DNA of 64,000 nt from positions 31,992,001 to 32,056,000 of the forward strand of contig NC_058372.1 in the NCBI RefSeq assembly GCF_018350175.1. Reading direction: 5' to 3'. Within the stretch, counting starts at the first letter, position 1; the number at the start of each line of letters is the position of its first letter. This stretch comes from Felis catus (lineage: Eukaryota). The notes below the pieces were generated by a model, which was not told where the DNA came from, did no database searches, and was given only the letters and a program-made list of their open reading frames with translations. This document shows positions 19,930 through 31,371 of this stretch, in pieces. The position numbers were made by a program, and so were the translations under genes.

Positions 19930-21034
19930 CTGCTTCACGGACCCTGGATTCTGCTCACTCCCCCACCACTCCACCCGGCCTCCTGCTGATGAGGACTCCG
20001 AGTTCCCAGGCTACAAAAGGGGTGGCAGTGTATGGCTCTGGAATGCTGAATATGGGAGGCAGGGGTGCTTGTGACCCTAATAAATTCCAAATCCTCTTCC
20101 CTGCCACCTCCGGNNNNNNNNNNNNNNNNNNNNNNNNNNNNNNNNNNNNNNNNNNNNNNNNNNNNNNNNNNNNNNNNNNNNNNNNNNNNNNNNNNNNNNN
20201 NNNNNNNNNNNNNNNNNNNNNNNNNNNNNNNNNNNNNNNNNNNNNGTCACTGTGTATGCGTGACATTCTGGGTCTTTATAGAGGGAGGGGGTCTCTGCCC
20301 CCACCCCCTTCCACTGGTCCTACAGCCCCAGTACCCTCTCCCCAATTCCCTGGGTCCTTATGGTCCCCAAGGGTGGTTTGTTCATGGCCCCATCCTGGTG
20401 TCCAGTCTGGCCTTGGGAGGGGGTCTTGGAACAGGTGGCCCTCCCCTACCCCCTCCCTTTTCTGAGTCCCCCCCCCCCCTTTCTCTCCACCTTACAATAG
20501 CTGCAGCCGGCCTGGGGTCGGGTGGGGGGGATTAGGGGAGGGGGCCAGGATTAGGGGACTGGACCAGCCGATGAAAGGGGCTGGAGGAGAGCAGAAGGGA
20601 GGGGGCTGGGAGGAGGAGGAGGAAGGGGAGGGGGTCCGCGCTAATCGACTCTGGAGCCCACATAAGGACTGGCCACGGACTGAAGGAGAGGACAGGGAAG
20701 TAGGGGGGAACTGGGGGAGGGGGCGAGGGGACCCACTGCTGCCTTGTCCCAGAAACAGGCTACCCCCTGGCAGCTGCAGCCCAAGTCCGGGAGCCCCAGC
20801 TCAGGCTGGAGGAGACAGGACGCCCACTACGGTCTTTCCCCCCCGCCCCCCCACATCTCATCCCCTGCCCTCAATGGGGATCGCTCTGCCCCTTCCTCTT
20901 CTCTTTCCTCCCTGTCCCCTTCCTTTACAGAAAAGTCCTGGAGGAGGCTTCTGTCCGCTTCCCACTCCAGACATTCTGCCCCTTGTGCCCCCACCCACCC
21001 ACACGCGCACACCCCCTCCCCTATAGGGGCCCCA

Positions 21035-21036
<2 letters not shown>

Positions 21037-21084
<48 letters not shown>
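21037..21084. repeat. (GT)n microsatellite just upstream of MIR219-1
   Basis: Pure GT run of about 23 units. Confidence 0.95.
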
Positions 21085-21088
<4 letters not shown>

Positions 21089-21139
21089 GCTTCCGCGTGG
21101 TGTCTCCATTCCCCTGTTCCTCCCGTGCGCCTCCCTCCC

Positions 21140-21249
21140 CCGCCCCGGGCCGCGGCTCTTGATTGTCCAAACGCAATTCTCGAGTCTATGGCTCCGGCCG
21201 AGAGTTGAGTCTGGACGTCCCGAGCCGCTGTCCCCAAACCTCGAGGGGA
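21140..21249 (+). ncRNA. MIR219-1: pre-miR-219-1 hairpin
   Basis: Mature 5p TGATTGTCCAAACGCAATTCT at 21160-21180 and 3p AGAGTTGAGTCTGGACGTCCCG at 21201-21222. The arms pair (GGCTC/GAGCC, GTCCA/TGGAC). Expected position between HSD17B8 and RING1. Confidence 0.97.
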
Positions 21250-21339
21250 GAGCGGGTCGGAGGGTCTAGGGAGAGCCAAAGCGAAGGGTGCAGCAAGTCC
21301 CCAGGGTGGTAAGGGGAATCCCGGGCTCATCCGGATTTA

Positions 21340-21962
21340 GTTGCGTTCACAGGACTGGAGGACTGAAAAGGCCGAAGATCCTTTCCAGCCTTCCCCCTCC
21401 CCTCCCCGGAATGCCGGGCTGGGGTTACGGAGTTGTGGGGAGGGGGGCAGTTGTCCCCCAGAGCCGCTAGGGGACGCGGAGTGGGGGAGGTGGCCCCTTT
21501 TCCAACCCCTCTCTACCCTCCCGGGGTCCAAGAGATCCCAGGCCCCGCCCTCCGGAGCGGAGGCCCCGGGTGGGGACCTCGGGAAGGGAACGGTGGCTAA
21601 GGTTGGCAGCGCGACGGTGCCGGCCCGGGGATTGAGACCGCGGTCCCCACGTAGCGGGGGACTCCGGGGACGCCGGCTCCTCACGCGAGGCGGACGCGCC
21701 CGAAGGCGGGGGAACCCGGGAGCCCACGTCGCGTCCCACCCGAGCCCGGAGTGGCGGGTGACGTCTCCGCTGGCGGGGGCGGGGGGGGGGGGGTAGCGGA
21801 GGGACAAACGGAAGTGACGTAGGGCCCCAGCGCCCGGGCCATGGCGGCGGCGGCGGCGGGAGCTGCTGTCTGAGCAGCGGCTGCGGAGCGAGCGAACTGG
21901 GGCTGAGAGCCCGGGCCCAGTGAGAGGCGCTGCGGCAACGGGGCGCGGACGGCTGGAGCCCG
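21340..21962 (+). promoter_or_regulatory. RING1 CpG-island promoter and non-coding exon 1
   Basis: CpG-dense; overlapping ETS-CRE CGGAAGTGACGT at 21809-21820; G-tract GC box; donor cg|gtgagg at 21962/21963. Confidence 0.8.
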
Positions 21963-22132
21963 GTGAGGGGCAGCGCGGCGCGGGGCGGAGGTTGTGGGGG
22001 GAGCCACAGGAGGGGCGGGGTCTGCGCGAGGGCGGCCCCCCTAACACCCTTCCCCCCCTTCCCCCTTTCCCCAGCCTACCTCTCCTCCTCCACCGCTGCC
22101 GAGCCCGGGTGGGGGGTCTGTGCCCTGTCACC

Positions 22133-25100
22133 ATGACGACGCCGGCGAATGCCCAGAATGCCAGCAAAACGTGGGAACTGAGTCTATACGAGCTCCACCG
22201 GACCCCGCAGGTGATAGGGACTTTCCTTTCACAGCTTACTCCCTTTCCCCAAACCCTTCAAACAGACCCCTATCTCACAGCCTCTTTTCCATTTTTCGCC
22301 CTATTCTGCCGACCCTGCCGGATGTCACAGACTCCCTTGACCCCACCTTTGAATCACCTTAATCTTTTCCAAGCACTTTCACATTTATCTCGTTTCGTTC
22401 TCACATCAGCTATTGCCACAGATGTAGGGCGACTATGACTGCCTTCATCTGAAAAATAGTAAACACATAGATATTACCTTCAGTGTTCCTCAGTTCAGTG
22501 TCAAAGGTCAATGCATATAAGACTTTCCTTCCAAGTTTACTAGAAATGGAGCCCTCCCCTGCGCAACCCACCCCCTCACCACGCCTTGCCAAATTTCTGA
22601 TACCATAATGAGATGGGGCCCCAGAATCTGTGTTTTAAACAAGCACCATAGGGTATTCTGATACAGGTTGCACCCAGACCACACTTTAAGAAATTAGATT
22701 GAAGAAGTCTTCCCCAAACCCCACATCTGTGCCACCTCTGCCCCAGACCTCTGACCAAACCTCAGATCCTCCTGTTGCAAAGCTCCTACTTTCAGTTAAT
22801 GGACACTACTCCTTTCTGTTCTCCATTCTCTCCAAGTCACTAGCTCCTCTTTCTCAGAATTCCCGTCTTCCTCAAGTGGTCAACACGGGGTACCCAGATT
22901 CTGCTATTTCACTGTATTTCTCAAAACTCCCATTCCATTGACCACCTGTTTCTAAAACCCCTTTCCCCCCAACCCACCATCACCTTTCCACTCACTGATG
23001 TCTCCAGGAAGCCATCATGGATGGCACAGAGATTGCGGTTTCCCCTCGGTCACTGCATTCAGAACTCATGTGCCCCATCTGCCTGGACATGCTGAAGAAT
23101 ACAATGACCACCAAGGAGTGCCTCCACCGATTCTGCTCCGACTGTATTGTCACGGCCCTGCGGAGCGGGTAATGGGAGGGATGTGTTTGACATGGGGTGA
23201 AGGGTACAGGGTTGGGGCCTCAGTGTCCTAGCGACTGAGACTGACTCGTTGAGGGCCTCCTCTCTCCCACCCCAGGAACAAGGAGTGCCCTACCTGCCGC
23301 AAGAAGCTGGTATCCAAGCGGTCTCTGCGGCCAGATCCCAACTTTGATGCCCTGATCTCTAAGATCTATCCCAGCCGGGAGGAATATGAGGCCCACCAAG
23401 ACCGGGTGCTCATCCGCCTCAGTCGCCTGCACAACCAACAGGCACTGAGCTCCAGCATTGAAGAGGGGCTGCGCATGCAGGCCATGCACAGGTTCGGGCC
23501 GGGAGAGAGGCGATAGCAGGGCTGGTGGGACAGATCCGTGGGTCAGACTCCTGGTGCCGTCTTTGCTGCCTGCCAGCTTCTAAACCTTAGCATCTTAATA
23601 GCTAACCACAGCCTGATTGTCAAGGTCTGGAAGCCGGGGGTGTAAATTGCAGCTTCCTAGTTAGCAACTGGTACTACTATTCTTAAAAAATTAGCTCACC
23701 CTCTAACTTTCTAGAAGTTAGAACAGTGGAGTGATTTTGAGCATAAACTCTGGATTCACCTTGCGGGGAATTAAATGACCTTCTAGGCCAGCATTGCTCG
23801 GTCTTTAATAAGCATCCAGATTACCAGAGGGTCTGTGAAAAATGCAAATTCTAATTCAGTAGGTCTGGAGTTGGGCCTGAAATTCTGCATTTCTACAAAC
23901 CTATGCGACTGGTTCTTGGAGTCCATGTGGAGAGGCAAGAGGCTGTGGTTGCACACAAGTTATCTAACATTTCTAAGCCTCAGTTTTCTCAACCATAAAT
24001 AGAATATAATCACCTGCTTCTAAGATTTGTACTATGTGAGGCGATCAGTGCAAAATACTTAGCAGTGTGTTTGGCGTGTAGTTAGTGTTTAATAAATATT
24101 AGGTGTCATCATTAAGATTTCCCTGATCTCTTGTTCTCTTAAGTTTAAAGTTTAAACCCCTTATCTGTGGTGCTTTCTAACCTCAACCACTTGCTTCTAC
24201 AGGGCCCAGCGTGTGAGGCGGCCGATGCCCGGGTCAGATCAGACCACCACGATGAGTGGGGGGGAAGGAGAGCCTGGGGAGGGAGAGGGGGATGGAGAGG
24301 ATGTGAGCTCAGACTCTGCCCCTGACTCTGCCCCAGGCCCTGCTCCCAAGCGACCCCGTGGCGGGGGTGCAGGGGGGAGCAGTGTAGGGACAGGGGGAGG
24401 TGGCACCGGCGGGGTGGGTGGGGGCGCCGGTTCTGAAGACTCTGGTGACCGGGGAGGGACTTTGGGAGGGGGAACCCTAGGCCCCCCAAGCCCTCCTGGG
24501 GCCCCCAGTCCTCCGGAGCCAGGCGGAGAAATTGAGCTCGTGTTCCGGCCCCACCCCCTGCTCGTGGAGAAGGGAGAATACTGCCAGACTAGGTGAGAGC
24601 CCTGTCTTTCCCCTGACCTCTGAGAAATCAAAAAGATCATATAGATGTCCATCAGAAGTGGGCTTCACCCAAACCCAGAAAGAAACCCTAACCCAGAAGC
24701 CCTTTTGGAAAATCCCCTACTTCCCTTTTCCATTTGTGGCTTCCTGTCCCCTAAACCTGCCTTCTTTCCCACTTCAGGTATGTGAAGACAACTGGGAATG
24801 CTACAGTGGACCATCTTTCCAAGTACTTGGCCCTGCGTATTGCCCTTGAGCGGAGGCAGCAGCAAGAAGCCGGGGAGCCAGGAGGGCCTGGAGGGGGCGC
24901 CTCTGATGCCGGGGGACCTGATGGGGGTGGTGGAGAGGGTGGGGGTACCGGAGGAGGTGACGGCCCTGAGGAGCCTGCCTTGCCCAGTCTGGAAGGTGTC
25001 AGTGAAAAGCAGTACACCATCTACATCGCCCCCGGGGGTGGAGCTTTCACGGTGAGAGCCTCTGAGGGCAGTGCTATAAGAGGGGAGAGGCTGGGAGGGT

Positions 25101-25455
25101 GGTCTGGGGCCACACAGACCCTGGATCCTGACCTCCTAACTAGCCCACCCTCCACTCTCCCTCTGCATCTCTCATCTCACGTCTGTGTCTTATCTTCTTC
25201 CTACTCACTCCCTATGCCCCTGCTTTACCCCACCTTTTTTATTATTCCTTTTTCTTTCTTCCTCCCTTGGTCACTTTCTCCCTCTCATTCATATCCTTTA
25301 CCACCTTCTCCAACTTTTTCTTACCCTGCCTCTCTCTTCTACCCCCTCTGTAGACACTGAATGGCTCGCTGACCCTGGAACTGGTGAATGAGAAGTTCTG
25401 GAAGGTGTCCCGGCCACTGGAGCTTTGCTATGCCCCCACCAAGGATCCAAAGTGA
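22133..25455 (+). CDS. RING1: E3 ubiquitin ligase RING1 (PRC1 subunit), complete, 406 aa
   Basis: Coding exons 22133-22210, 23008-23168, 23276-23491, 24203-24592, 24778-25051, 25354-25455, totalling 1221 nt. C3HC4 RING (CPICLDML...CLHRFCSDC...CPTC), Gly/Pro-rich linker, RAWUL end (...[12 protein letters not shown]). Non-coding exon 1 donor after 21962. Confidence 0.98.
23785..23935. mobile_element. MER5-type hAT-Charlie DNA transposon fragment in RING1 intron 4
   Basis: Contains aaaaatgcaaattctaattcagtaggtctggagttgggcctgaaattctgcatttct. Similar fragments at about 22590-22690 and 27815-27890. Confidence 0.65.
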
Positions 25456-26249
25456 CACCACAAGGGGACGTCAGAGGATGGGGACCAGGGGGTGTCCCTG
25501 TGTCCTGGCCCACCACCCCAGCTTCTTTGTTCCCCAGTGCCCCCCAGCCCAGACAGTCAGCAAGAGGACACAAATGAGGACAAGTGGCTTTTATACAAAG
25601 TGTCTATATCAGATTCTTCTATATTGTACAGAGTGGGGCATGCGCCCCCATCTACTGCCTTTTCTATTGCCCCTCAACCTCCCATCTCTACAAGATGTTG
25701 GGGAAGGTGAAGAACCCTCCCCTTCATGCTCCCCTACCAACAACAGATTTGCTTCTTTTCCTCTTTGAAACCTGCAGTTCTGTGTGTGTTTATCACGGGT
25801 GTACTAGAAGGGGTGGGGGGAGATTGGGGAGACAAGCTGGAAATCATGTGGAATCAACCTTGGAAATAGGGAGGAAATGTCAAAGGTTATTCACGGTATG
25901 TAAATCCCATTTTTCTGAGTCCCCAAATCAGCAAATATGTTCGAAACTAGCGGGGGACCAACCTATGAAGTTGAAAGGGACAGGGTGAAGAGGTAAGCGT
26001 TGTCCGAAGTCTTCTCAAACTTGCCCCCTAAAAGCTGAATCGCCCAGCTTGAGATCCAGGATTTAAAGACCAAAGGGAAAGCAGGAAAGTGGCTCGAGAG
26101 TAAGGCATGTTGGTAGACTCCAACGGGACCCACCGTAGTGTTTGGAAGGAGGATAATTTTTTCTCACTGCAAGAAGCTAGTTTCCATAGCTGGAAAGACA
26201 AGAGGGAGGGAAGTGGGGAGCGCTGCCAGAACCCCCGAGCTGGACATCT

Positions 26250-26700
26250 CGGCCGCCTCCCAAAGAAGGCGGACAGGACCAGGGACTACAGTTCCCAGGA
26301 GTGAGCGAGCCGATGCCCGCTGCGCCGCGGGCTGAGTGGAGGGAGGGCCGCGCGGGAGGTGTAGTTCTGTGCCTGTCCAGGCAGCGGCCCAGAGCTGAGG
26401 GGTGGGGGCGTCAAGTGAAGCCATCGCTGGCTCCGGGCCTCGAGTTCCGCGAGCGAGCCGGGCCCCAAGTCTGGGCGGGGGACGGGGTGCTCGGCTGCGC
26501 GCCGGGTCTCGGGCACTGCGGGGGTCGGGGAGGAGGACCGGCCTCCCCAGGAGTAACTGATGCTCCTTCTACCCCCTTCAGCCTCTCTGCCCCTCACTTC
26601 CTGTTTCCGTTGCCCTTCGCGCCCCCACCCGACCCGCCCCAAATTCCTGCGGCTCGCTCAGTTCTCCGCCCCGCTGGCAAAGAAGTCAGCCTCTCGATCT
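26250..26700. promoter_or_regulatory. Orphan CpG-rich promoter-like element downstream of RING1
   Basis: ACTACAGTTCCCAG at 26285-26298 (+), AACTACACCTCCC at 26354-26366 (-), tandem ETS CACTTCCTGTTTCCG at 26595-26609, GC boxes at about 26633 and 26664. Confidence 0.65.
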
Positions 26701-27361
26701 GATCCACAGACCCGAGGGCATCCCAGCCCACGCTTGGGATTTCTCTTTTCCCCTGGTCCCTAACACCTTCAATACCGACTGAGGGGCACCTCGAGCCCCA
26801 GCAAGTCTCGCAGACCTGATGGCCTGGAGCTCACCCCCAGAGCCCTCTCGCCCTGCAGAAATAGACAACACCCACTTCACCCCTGTAGGAGCCTCTTTCT
26901 GTGCCCGCTCCCCGGAACCCCTGATCTTGGCTCCTCTCCTCTCCAACCGCAGGTATCCAGCGGCTGGGGAGCTCCCGGGACGGTGGGTGGGGCGGGAGGA
27001 GAGGTGGGCGTTGTTCCTGAAGTTTCGAAGAGAGACAGAAACTGATGCGGAGGAGTCGGGAAGGATGGAAGGATACCGAGGTGGAAGTTGATGCGTATGT
27101 AATGAACCCGGCTTCTCCTCTGGTTCCAGGCGCTACCAGGAGCGTCAGCGCAGCCTCACGTTGCTCATTCCCTCGCAGCCTCTTCGGTCTCTGTTCCCCC
27201 GCCCTCTTGCTGAACTCTGGAACAGCCAGCTGCCCCTGGCCCCTGTATCTCCCTTCCTATGGCTTCTCTGTCCCTCCGCGGCTCCCCAGTCAACACCACC
27301 CCACCCTCCCCTTCTGTCCACTTCTCACATTTCGACCCCTGTCTCCTCTCTGCTGCCTCCA

Positions 27362-28256
27362 TGACTGAACTTTGAAGATGTGCCTGTTTATTTGGGTGAC
27401 ATCATATGGGAGACCTAGCAAACTGTTGCCCTAGGTAAATCTCCTTCACCCACGCAGGCAGGAAAGAATAACTACCCTACTTGACCAGGTGGTCTCCCTC
27501 CCCAGTGCTGGGAGAAGGAGGTGTTGTGGGGTGGGGGTTAGTTCAGATTCTGTTGCACCTCTAGCTTCCCTGCGTTAGTTCCCCAAATCTTTCAGCCTCT
27601 CTCAATTAAGCCTGCATATATAGATTAGGCAAAGCAAGAGATACAAAGTATACAAAAAAGCAATGGACTGTTTTGTTGAGGAACAACATACCTGCAGGAG
27701 GGTAACTAACAATGCAAAGGAGCAAGACAGAGAAAGAAAGGTTACTAGAGTCGGAGAGACCTGGGACGAAATCTTCACCCCGCCACTTAAACTGAGGGTG
27801 CTAACACATAAAACTCTGTAGGTGGGGCCATTGTGTTCTAACAAACCTTCCATGTGATTCTGATGTGCACCAAGGCAAAGAACCACTGCTGTAGGTGCTC
27901 CATGAGATGTTAGCTTTGTCCTTATAGGGTGAACGGCAAATGTCCCTCGAAGGGGCTCCATACCTCTGGAGCAGGGGGATCACTGGGAGCCTGTAGGGTG
28001 GTTAGGAAGGGCCTCACGGGGGAGGTGGGACCAGGCCAGCCAGGATCAATGAGAAGGGAAGAAGAAAGTCTTGGGTGGGGGAAGGGGTGGGGGGTGAGGG
28101 GGGAAACCTCTCTCTCTGTCTCTCTCTCTCTCTCTCATTTCTCTCTTTCTCTCTGTTACGCATCCACCTCCCCCCTTTTTCCTCGCCCAGGCTTCTCAGT
28201 CCCCAAACCGTGGCAGGTCGTGTGTCTGAGTGCAGAAAAACTTAGAACTCCTTCAG
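27362..28256 (+). pseudogene. Degenerate KRAB-domain exon remnants (fossil KRAB zinc-finger gene)
   Basis: 27365-27434 reads LNFEDVPVYLGDIIWET*QTVALG|gtaaat, matching the KRAB-A FEDVAVYFxxEEW register and phase-1 SLG|gt end. 28191-28256 follows a strong acceptor and reads GFSVPKPWQVVCL..., matching the KRAB-B GxxVSKPDLITCLE register, phase 1-1. No zinc-finger exon found. Confidence 0.55.
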
Positions 28257-28480
28257 GTACAAGTGTCCCAAGGACGTCTTCAGTGCGTGCCTTGCCCCCC
28301 CAGTGTTGTCAAGCCCCAACACAAGCACTTCCTGTCCTGTTATCTCTACTTATTTCATGAAATTGTTTTCTTCATGTCCTCTTCTTGTGCTGGGAAGCTG
28401 TTTCTTGTGCTGGGAACGCTGGGAAGCGTCCCCTCCCCATGGTGCCTCTGGCCCCAGCCTGGCACTGAGGAGGGTGCTGT

Positions 28481-28740
28481 TATTATTTATTTGTCATTCA
28501 CCTATTTATTTATTTATTTTTATTATTTTTTTTATTTATTTATGTTCATTCATGAGAGAGGGCGTGCCAAACAGTGTGAGCGGGGAAGGGGCAGAGAGAG
28601 AGGGAGAGACACAGAAACTGACACAGGCTCCAGCCTCTGAGCTATCAGCACGAGCTATTGATTCGAGGCTCAAACTCACGAACCGTGAGATCGTGACCTG
28701 AGCCGAAGTCGGACACTTGACTGAGCCACCCAGGCACCCC
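28481..28740 (-). mobile_element. CanSINE
   Basis: T-rich tail, (AG)n, and gagccacccaggcacccc end. Confidence 0.9.
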
Positions 28741-29149
28741 TACCATTCACCCTTTTAGAAGGTTCTGTTGGGGGAGTTGCTGCCTTGGGCAACACTTGCA
28801 GTAAGTTTATTGTTACCATTCACGTTAAAGGAAAAGGTAGACCTTAGTACTTGGGTTAACTCCCCCCTAAGTATACCCTTTAGAATTTGGCAGATTTCTC
28901 CCCATGATGTGTCAGAGAGGCTGATTATTGACACATAAAAGAAGCAAGGAAAGAACCTTTAGAGGCAAAAGGATCACTTGGGGGACTGCTGGTCAGTTTC
29001 ACCTTTTCAGGAAGTGTGTACTGAGTCCACACCACCTGTCAGGGGCTGTTCTGGGACCTGGGTCTTACAAACAGGCATCCTATGATGTAGCCCCTGCCTT
29101 TGAAAAATTTGACGTAGAGGTGTTCATGGCGAGCATGTCAATACTGAAT

Positions 29150-29905
29150 CCACCTCTAGTCTGATCAGTTGTATCCGTTAAAATATGTCTCAAGTCTGTC
29201 CCTTCTTGTCCATCCTTCCACCTCCCTGTTCCAGCCACCATCTGGACCATCTGGCTCCCCTCTGAATCACGGCAATAGCTGGAGAGGCTGGGAATGGCCT
29301 TCGAGAATACAAGCCCGCATACCTGTTAGGCCTTTTTGAAATGCAAATCCGATTGTTTCGGGCACCCTGCTTAAACCCATTCAGTGCTTTCCCATTGATT
29401 TTAGGTTAAAGACACAAGTCCTTAACCTGGCCTCGAAGGCCCTGCCTACTGTGATCCTGCGGGCCTTTCCGGACTCCTCTCCCACCACATTTCCACTCAG
29501 TCTGAAGACTCCACTTCCTGTCCGCTTTGCACTTCCTCCCGCAGACAGCCTTTGTGCAGGCTAGGCCCTCAGGCCTGAAAGGCTCTTCCTCCCATTTCTC
29601 TTTCAGCTAGCTCCTCTTCATTCCTCAGATCTCAGCTCCTCTGCCAATCCTCAGGAAAACTACCCTGACCTTCCTTCCTGGGTCAAATCCCCCTCTTCTG
29701 AGCCCCCACACCAAGGTGTACCTTTCCTCTGAGGCACTTGGCATAGTTGCAGTTCCGTGTTTGTTCATTATTTGATGGATGTCTGTCTCCCTGGAAGATG
29801 TAAGTGCTCTGAGGGCAGGGATCATGTCTGCAGATGCTCGCTCTTGTCATATTCAGGGGACCTCGAACTGGACACTCCATAAATATTGAGTTGAAATATT
29901 GGTTT
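29150..29905 (+). mobile_element. L2 LINE 3' fragment
   Basis: L2 3'-end motifs: aaatgcaaatccgatt...cttaaacccattcagtgctttccc...gtccttaacctggcc...ataaatattgagttgaa. Confidence 0.7.
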
Positions 29906-30664
29906 AATGGATGCCTGCGTGCCAGGATCTGGAGTAGGGGGCTACATATTTCAGAATCTCAGAGAGGATTGTTTGAGGCCACGATTCTCCCTCCAGCAAT
30001 GCAGCCCGGGAGTTCCATATGCCATTTTCTTAACACCATCACTTCCTCCATACTTCCTAGCATCATTCATCCCCACAGTCCCGGCTTCATCCCAGGCTTT
30101 CTCCATCTTGCCCATGAGACCCTTTCCTTTTAACTTTGTAATCCCCTTTTCTGGTCTTGCCTCATTGACTGCAGAAGGCAGCATGGAATAATGTGGCAAC
30201 AGCCCAGGATTCAGAACCGTACTGTGTTCAAAAGTATTAGTGGTGTGGCCTTTCTCAGGCTCTTGAACCACTCTGAACCCAAGCTTTGTTATCTATAAAA
30301 TGAGAACAGAATCAAGCAAGATGGAGGAATTAAAAATCTAAATGTACCATCACCTAGAAATACTGGATAAAATATGGGGGGAAAGTAAACATGACTGAGT
30401 TTTCAAAAGAAAAATAAAATCCCAAGTTCTAGAAATGAAGAGAAAACTGAAAGCCAGAGGATAAGCTGACCATGGTTGCTAGAAGGGGACTGGGAGAGAA
30501 TTGGTTCTATTAACTTAGAAATGTTTTACCAGCCACCCAAGGATGGGAGAGGAGGTTTTGGTCCTGAAGAGGTAGGGAAATTAGATGAACAGCGGCCAAA
30601 GCTGACTCAGAAGAAACAGAAAACCTGAACAGATCTATAAATTCTAATAAATTGAATGAGAAGT

Positions 30665-30698
<34 letters not shown>

Positions 30699-30726
30699 TT
30701 TACAGATGTATTATTCTGCCAACTCT

Positions 30727-31033
30727 TTTTTTTTTAATTTTTTTTCAACGTTTATTTATTTTTGGGACAGAGAGAGACAGAGCATGAACGGGGGAGGGGC
30801 AGAGAGAGAGGGAGACACAGAATCGGAAACAGGCTCCAGGCTCCGAGCCTGACGCGGGGCTCGAACTCACAGACCGCGAGATCATGACCTGGCTGAAGTC
30901 GGACGCTTAACCGACTGCACCACCCAGGCGCCCCTCTTTTTTTTTTTTAAAGTAAACTCTACGCCTAATGTGAAACTCACGATCTTGAAATCAAGAATCA
31001 CAAGCTCTACAGACTGAGCCACCCAGACATCCC
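30727..31033 (-). mobile_element. Young CanSINE inserted into the poly(A) tail of an older short SINE
   Basis: Full element 30727-30934 directly followed by a T-run and a degenerate short SINE ending gagccacccagacatccc. Confidence 0.85.
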
Positions 31034-31172
31034 TATTTTGCCAACTCTTACAAACCATTTGTTTATTTATAATACGTCTGTCCCAGACGATGAAGAGGGA
31101 CAGTCACACTTATAAAATTAAAATCCTGAATAAAATATTAGCAAACTGAATCTGGCAGAATCCGTGCAAGTG

Positions 31173-31206
<34 letters not shown>

Positions 31207-31269
31207 AGACCAAGAAGGGTTTATTGCAGGAACACAGGGATGGTGTACTTTAAAAATCTATTAATGAAA

Positions 31270-31301
<32 letters not shown>

Positions 31302-31371
31302 GAAAAAAGAAAGAACAAAGAAACAAAGAAAGAAAGATATTTACAACTGGATGTAGTAAAAGGAAAAAAAT

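Noticed and set aside
19647-20465. 272-aa ORF as an extended HSD17B8 C-terminus
   Set aside because: It reads through intron 8 and an N gap; the proper last exon is at 19913-19929.
21159-21159. T instead of the recalled C immediately 5' of mature miR-219-5p
   Set aside because: It falls in an unpaired internal loop opposite CC, the mature and star sequences are intact, and no effect is predicted.
19441-21330. His-Thr or Cys-Val repeat ORFs
   Set aside because: These are translations of (CA/GT)n microsatellites; the same applies at about 30660, 31170, 40190 and 44940.
21920-22132. In-frame N-terminal extension of RING1 (ORF 21920-22438)
   Set aside because: It starts at a non-ATG codon and spans intron 1 (donor at 21962).
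28257-28480. Possible C2H2 finger remnants (ECRK, YKCPK)
   Set aside because: No HTGEKP linker and no C-x2-C...H-x3-H spacing in any frame; the zinc-finger exon was not found.
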